Source of the DNA: Amoebidium appalachense
Taxonomy: Eukaryota; Protista; Ichthyosporea
DNA length: 64,000 nt
Assembly (NCBI GenBank): GCA_963693365.1
Contig: CAVNZM010000008.1
Coordinates: forward strand, 9,242,818 to 9,306,817
Direction: 5' to 3'
Position numbers and translations under genes: made by a program. Below are positions 47,872 to 64,000 of the stretch, piece by piece. Numbering within the stretch: the stretch's first letter is position 1; every line of letters starts with the position of its first letter. Under the pieces are notes generated by a model that had not been told where the DNA came from, made no database searches, and saw only the letters and a list, made by a program, of their open reading frames with translations.

Positions 47872-49129
47872 GGAGGGCGTCACCCTCACTGGACATCGAC
47901 ATTGGTCCTCCTTCGTTCCGTAGCTACAGCCAACTTCAGCGCTAGCCTGAACGTGTACGTGAGATCGCGGTTACTTGTATGTGCATTTGGAGATCTAAAA
48001 TCTTGATTCAGGGTTTAGGTTAGCCAATCAAAAGACTGGAGGATAAACGTTGTGTTGAAGTTCAGAATAAAAAGTGTTTTGGGTGATACCCATGCAAAAA
48101 AAAAGGAGAAGAGCACGAATAAATGAGGGGAGTAATCAATACTCCTCGTGCATTAGCCAAGTCATTAATGTTTTTTTTTTTTTTTTGTAGGAGTGTCGCT
48201 ATGTCCTGAAAAAACTCAACATACCAAATCTTGGGGTAGGGCCCGGGGCCGGGGGTCACTTTGGGGGTAAAAGTCACGTATTGTTTTCGCCGTATATTCA
48301 TTTGTCCGTATATCGTCAAGTGCACCAATCCGAAATCGCCTGTACAGATCTATTTGGAGCAGTGCGGCCGGCGCTGCTTTATCACCGTCACGGGATAAAA
48401 CGGTGTCGAAGTCGGCGGGTCAACTAAGGTCCAATTCGGGTGCTCGACTCGACAGCGTACGCCGGCTCGTAAAGGAAACCCCATAAGCCTGCCACAGTGT
48501 ACCACAGCTCCTGCATGTACATCCTATAAAGTATTACTTTTTCACATATATTTTGAAGCTTCAGAAGCTTCAGAGCCTTCGAATCTAAAATTCCAATTAT
48601 TTATCGACCGTGGTGCGGCACATCTACATCTATTACGTATCATGTGAGGAGTGTGGCTCCATAGTACTAGTGGAATAATGGATTTTACTCGGTCGGGTCA
48701 CATTCATGTAAGGAAGGTGGGCTCGAACCGAATGTAAGCAGAAGCTTTCCCGATAAACATTCGCATCGCTATCGACACACATTGATATAAGAACCCCTTG
48801 TGGCCGTCAGAACCGACCGAGACTCAGGAGGAAGCAAGAGGAGTCGACGTACTCAGTGTTGGTCCTTGGAAAACTGTACATCCCTTGCTCTACCACAGTA
48901 GTGCTCGTTGTCAATACTTTAACTTATGGGAGAAAATAGATATTTAGCTTGTGTTTATGCTCGCAAGATAGACCTACTTCAAGATCTCATATGACCACTA
49001 TTTTTTTGTGAACGTTGGAACTTTTGAACCATTTCACATGAGCATTGCGAGGCCTAGGGTGTCTATTTGATTACTTTCACGTGCACGTTCGGCCTACAAG
49101 TGCCGGTCCCACAGTGACTCAACACAAAC

Positions 49130-49841
49130 ATGAAGACACTCTGCGTTGTCGGTGCAGTGTGCGCCGTCGTTGCAATTACTGTTGGTGCTCCAGTTCCCCG
49201 CGACGCAAAACCAGAACACAAGAAGGTCACCACCACAGCACACCACCACAAGCCATCCGTCACGCCAGCAGCCCGTGCCGCCGCCGACGCCCCCGGTGTT
49301 CCCCTCGAGCCCGCAACCACCTCCACCGTTCACGTTACTGAAACAGTAACAAAAGTTCCTGATGCCTTCCTAGGTGTTTACACTCCAGAACAAGAAAAGG
49401 CTGCACATGAGGGTGAGGCAAAGAGCGCGTCTTCCGGGGCTGCAGGGGAGAAGGCGACCGGGTTGAGCAACAGTGCCAAACCCCAGCCCCGGTCTGGTTC
49501 TGGCAAGCCTGTGGTCGCAAAGCATCACAGTGGCCATGGGGGAAGCTACGTCAAAATTCCTGGCGTGAAGGGTGAGAGGGCACCAATTATTGTGAAGGCA
49601 AGAAATCCCCCTCAAATGCATGTGTTGGTGTTTTGTAAATGTGCTGGTGGCACTACATGATATGCATATGTATTAATGATATGACCAGGTTGAAAGTCAT
49701 GCAGGCATGGTCGCGTGTAAAGTAGAAAACGGGGATAACGGAGTTGGATCATGACACCACTTTTGATATCTTTGAATGGCACGCCGTGTGTGTGTCCCGG
49801 AAGTTGCTGAAAAGAGTGGCTGTCGTCCAGGCTCCCAGCAG

Positions 49842-49906
<65 letters not shown>

Positions 49907-50082
49907 ACTCCCCCAACTTCCAGTCATGACATCACCCTGTGTACACGAAAAAACAAACTGTTCGGCAGAACGAGCTTCACACAGGAATTCGTGTTTGCAT
50001 GGTGGTTGGTGTGCAAAGCTACCTCCCAGGTCCCCCTTCTCCCCCCCCTCCCCCCCCCCCCCCCCCTCCCCCCCCTCCCCCC

Positions 50083-50113
<31 letters not shown>

Positions 50114-50600
50114 AAACAACTCACCCTCCAGCCTACAATCACTGAATATCCCAATTTTTTACGACCCCCCCGCTTCCCGCCCCTCTCTTGTCCTCCACAC
50201 CTGGCCTGTGGCCGTCTGTTTTGTATCCGATTTTCCATTTCTCACTGCCTACACCAAATCCCCGACTTTACCCATCCCCCCCTCCCCCTCCCCCTCCCTC
50301 CCCCCCCTCCCCCCCCACCACCACCACCTTCCTCCCCTCCAAACCCTGCAGCTTCCAGACCAAACGATCGTCAACACCGGCAACATGAGCTATAGTGTGG
50401 ACATTAAAAAGGGTAACTTTAACGGTTCGGGCACCTTTAAGAAGAAGAAGAAGTGCAAGAAGAGTGGCGGTGGTGGTGGCGGCGGTGGCGGTGGCGGTGG
50501 TGGTGGGGGCTCAACTCCCGGGGCTGACAAGGAGGTCATAAAGCTGGAGCAGACGGGGGATAATGCCGTTATGATTGTGGTGGGCAACAGCTTCGATTAA
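49130..50600 (+). CDS. Predicted secreted low-complexity protein (~238 aa, 2 exons) of unknown function
   Basis: Signal peptide MKTLCVVGAVCAVVAITVGA-PVP. Exon 1 is 49130-49597 (AAG|GCAAGA donor) and exon 2 is 50352-50600 (CTGCAG acceptor). It has a Thr/Pro/Ala/His-rich N-part, KKKKKCKK, and a G15 tract encoded by mixed GGT/GGC codons (not a poly-G artefact). Confidence 0.65.
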
Positions 50601-50623
50601 ACGGTTTTCTCTTTTCTTTTCTT

Positions 50624-50660
<37 letters not shown>

Positions 50661-50663
50661 GTC

Positions 50664-50703
<40 letters not shown>

Positions 50704-51336
50704 GGGGGGGGGGCACGGGCGCTCTCGATTAGTGAATGATCATGGAGCTAATGAGCCTGAGTGGACATGTTTAAATGTCCGGAGAGTCAGAGCACGGTTT
50801 GGTTTGAGTGTAGAGTAGTAAGTTAGAACATGAGTGAATTAGTAATTTACGAAGGACAGCGGAGATGTTTTTATAAATGAATCGTCGAGGCACCAATCAT
50901 TATGTACATAAGACCGAGTCGTGTAAATATTCCCATAGTCGATACAAGCAAAGCTTTTCAACCAACCACTCTTTTTGTATCATAACTCATATAGTAACAA
51001 TAGCCTAACATTACCTGAGGGTTGCTTTCGAGACTTGTATCGAGCTCGGCCTACTACATACCTGCAACTCGTACGGTATGTGTACGCAGTTGATACTTGG
51101 GTGGTCCTTGGTAAGGACACCGCATAGTTTTATGAAGTGAATCAGATGCAGGAGAATAAACCCAAAGATTACAGCACGATATTCAACTTGATTGCCAATT
51201 GGTCATAGTACATCAGTGTTTCTACTACGCACCTTTCCCCGGGTACTACTACTAGGCTTGGACACTGTGCTACTACGGTATACATATATATGATGCACGA
51301 AAACCCATAGCCAAACGTTCACGCCAATTCATCCCC

Positions 51337-51391
<55 letters not shown>

Positions 51392-52340
51392 ACACACACA
51401 AGCACATACCCTGAATGCCTCCTCTACCCTCCTCCCTGGCGGCTTCCCTCCTTTCTCCTCCCGCCACTCACGCACAAACACACATATTAGTACCCGAATG
51501 GCAACATTCTATACGTATCTTTACGTAGAGCACTGTAAATCTTAAGACAACAAAACATATCAGTAATGTTGTATACCACTGATGGGTGCCACACTCAACC
51601 CGATGGTAATCTCTAAACGAGCACACACCGTGCACACATTGTACCAGGTCACCCCTCGTGTGCAGAATCCAATCGAATATCTATATGACACACCCAGGGC
51701 CTCCTGCCAGCGAGGATGGGGTATACACTCTGGGCTAAGTGTGTACTAATTAGATCCACTTTGGACTTGATAAAGGTGTGTTAGCCTAGCTGGTTGCACC
51801 AGTAGCACCCTAACTAGGGTGCAGTCGGTGCTGTGTTGAAGACGGTACTTCCATTGAGTGCCCCCCTGGGGGTCCCTCCGGCTCTCCTGATCCGGAAACA
51901 AAACGGGATAAAACAAAAAAACAAAACAACAACAAAAAAAGACTAAGGCGGACACTGGCATACACGGGCAATGGTTTATGTTAGCGTGTGTGTGTTAACC
52001 TTTCATTGTTTAAACTTTGCAAACTGTCTACTGTAACAAAGTTGTTTAGGGAGTGTAGTGTGGTGTGGGTACTAGAGCTTGATGTGTGGTGACACCTCAT
52101 CTACATGTCTGCCAGTGCGTTCAAGCTTGCAGCATGCAAGAGGTGTCGACAATCATGAGGGTACTGTTGATCACGTGTGCACGTGTTAGGTGTACCCATG
52201 TACATCCGGTCCATGCACATACATATGCACATCCATCGATTTATGGGCCACCACGGTATATTCCTACTTTTTTGTTTGTTTTATTAAAAACATGGTTTTA
52301 TACATACGTATGGGGTCCTCGTGTTTTTTTTTTTTTTTTT

Positions 52341-52393
<53 letters not shown>

Positions 52394-52790
52394 TTCCAAA
52401 GAAAGAGGCAGGGGGCGGGGAGGGCAGCTTTGGACATACAAACGTTGAAATTCAAAATCTTCGAACTCCCCTAGTCTCCAAGGCTTTGTACCCGCTGGCT
52501 TACGTAAGTGGCTGGGCCCTACTGCGCTGCGGGACATTAAAAAAAAAAACATAAAACAAGAGGAGGCCGCAGGGAGACAGCACTCAGAGGATTATTAGAA
52601 CTCCCCGTAGATTCGTGCCCGTGCATGTGCATCCCCAGCAGAAAATCTGATGCAAGTTTTGGAACAGAATTGCATCAAAAAACAAATGTGAGGCATAGGG
52701 AACGTGCAATCGTGCACGCGACGTGAAGTCGATCATAGATGAAACAAGTGCGCACATGCAACAGATTGGTGGGGGTGCAGGGCAAAACAT

Positions 52791-52829
<39 letters not shown>

Positions 52830-53262
52830 GGGCCCTGGGGCTGGATGTGTGGCTAAACAAGCACCAAAGCAATTTATATCTTGATTTTTTTTTTTTGTCA
52901 TTTCGAACCCTGTGACGTCTACAACAACAATTCTAACAGCTAGCTACACAGCCCACACAGGCATAGCTTTGTTTATGCACAGCACATAGCCCAAATATGG
53001 TAAGAGCTATTAAAAAAAAAAACAACTGGATACCTGTTGTATACTATCAATATGTCGAAATGCACAATAATAATGCCTATGTATGTGTGTATTACTCTAA
53101 TGGTAGCCGTTGACAATGTAATATGCTCCTTTACAATTTCCGGAACATTTATCAAACCACACTGGGAATATGCTGATGGTATGCTCCCCTGCTCTATGGC
53201 ACCATGCATGCACGTATATGCTTACACTACTATTACTCCACACACACCCTAACACGCCAGCA

Positions 53263-53336
<74 letters not shown>

Positions 53337-53351
53337 AAGACACACACATGC

Positions 53352-53387
<36 letters not shown>

Positions 53388-53545
53388 GAGGCCCAAACTT
53401 ACAACATTACAAGCACACAGACATCCTTAACAATGAAAGAAACAGTAATTAGCGCGGGCGCGCGCACACACACACACACGAACACCCAAAAACACAACCC
53501 AATACCACCAATCACATCAAACAACCAGAGTATTGGCCAACATTT

Positions 53546-62991
<9,446 letters not shown>

Positions 62992-63254
62992 TTTCGTTGT
63001 TTAGGAGAACCCGCAACCTGTGTTTTAGCACTGACGTATGGGGGAGAGAGTGGCTCAAAAAAAAAAAGCGAACTTCCACAAGAAACCAACGCCAAAGGAC
63101 GCTGCTTGGTATATTTAGCTATTGGCAAAAACGAATCCTGCTTCTGGTTGTATCTGCGCACGTACATTAAACAAAAAATAAGGCACGGATTTGTAACGAT
63201 GTTTTAAGACGTAAAACACCAACACCGCAAAAAAAACTTTTAGAGTGGATTTTT

Positions 63255-63710
63255 TCTTTTCTTTCAAAGCCTTGACTCGGTCAGCTGGCGGAGGCTCGCA
63301 AAGCTGCCCTGGAATGGAAACCTTGGGTCTCCATAAATGGCTAACGAGCCATAGCACCCATTCGGCATTGAAACGGGACCCTGCATTCCATGGGTGACAC
63401 TGTGCACCAGGACAATGATGTTCAAAGCTGAGCTCTAAAAGAAAAATTACATTGTCAAGCTTTAAGATTGCATTTGAATTAGATAAGCCGTGTACCTCTC
63501 TGTAAATATATGTATATTCACATTGATTACGCATGTACACAATAAAAAGAAAGATTGACAAATGTGTGGGCGCCTGCCTACTGCCATCTCAATCTTCCAT
63601 GGGTTATTGGTGAGCTTCGTCAATGGAATGCGGTGATGGTGTAGCGTTGTTGCCGTCTTTCCAGTGGGCCCGGGAAAGGTATACCTGCGCTTGCGCGAGC
63701 ATGAGGCTCT
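63255..63710 (-). other. Possible 3' exons of an upstream minus-strand gene extending beyond the window
   Basis: GC-richer complex segments (about 63260-63433 and 63575-63710) follow acceptor-like sites (TTTTCTTTTAG, CTGAACCAG). The frame and product are unresolved. Confidence 0.25.
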
Positions 63711-64000
63711 GGTTCAGTGTCACAGAAAACGGACAACAATATCATTACACATTACAAAAAGGCTCCAAACTAAAATATAGCATCTCTTTTGATATTTCTT
63801 AAGATAACTGAATTTATTAAAAAATCTGAAGCAGCTTAGAAGGCGTTGCGCAACGAAGTAGACCTCGTGGAAGCCCACGTGCGCACCTGGTATCACAGAA
63901 AGCAGCAGCTGATTAGTTTAATATCACGAAGTTGTTTTAGACCCAGCATTGAGGGCGTGCTATAAATTGGGCATGTTCGATTTCTGTGGATCAGTTTTGG

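Noticed and set aside
47560-47960. GC-rich segment with a minus-strand ORF start (MSMSSEGDALL...)
   Set aside because: The ORF runs through homopolymers and microsatellites, with no consistent splice structure or motifs.
48715-48735. tRNA B-box-like GGTTCGAGCCC on the minus strand
   Set aside because: There is no complementary T-stem or cloverleaf around it.

Overview
Eukaryotic, intron-rich genomic DNA. Introns are packed with (CA/TG)n, (GA)n and long poly-G/C tracts, with GT-AG boundaries and CTRAC branch sites; this fits a unicellular eukaryote, but the taxon is not established. Almost all short ORFs in the supplied track are microsatellite noise. By manually joining exons with consistent phases I reconstruct: (1) a 6-exon gene (7471-16106, +) encoding a ~1801-aa polypeptide made of THREE complete, catalytically intact GTP-dependent PEPCK domains fused head-to-tail, whose two internal repeat units are symmetric phase-1 exons (the standout feature); (2) a ~20-exon minus-strand gene (35267-18516) for a type II membrane protein with a putative glycosyltransferase-like domain and an apparently degenerate alginate-lyase-like domain; (3) an intronless, divergent protein tyrosine phosphatase with one frameshift (36522-37255); (4) DCN1-like (39125-45523, +); (5) a 2-exon secreted protein with a probable GC-AG intron (49130-50600); (6) ATG3 (62991-53546, -). 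There are also several tiny MITEs, a dispersed repeat and minisatellites. No database searches were run; family assignments rest on recognised motifs.
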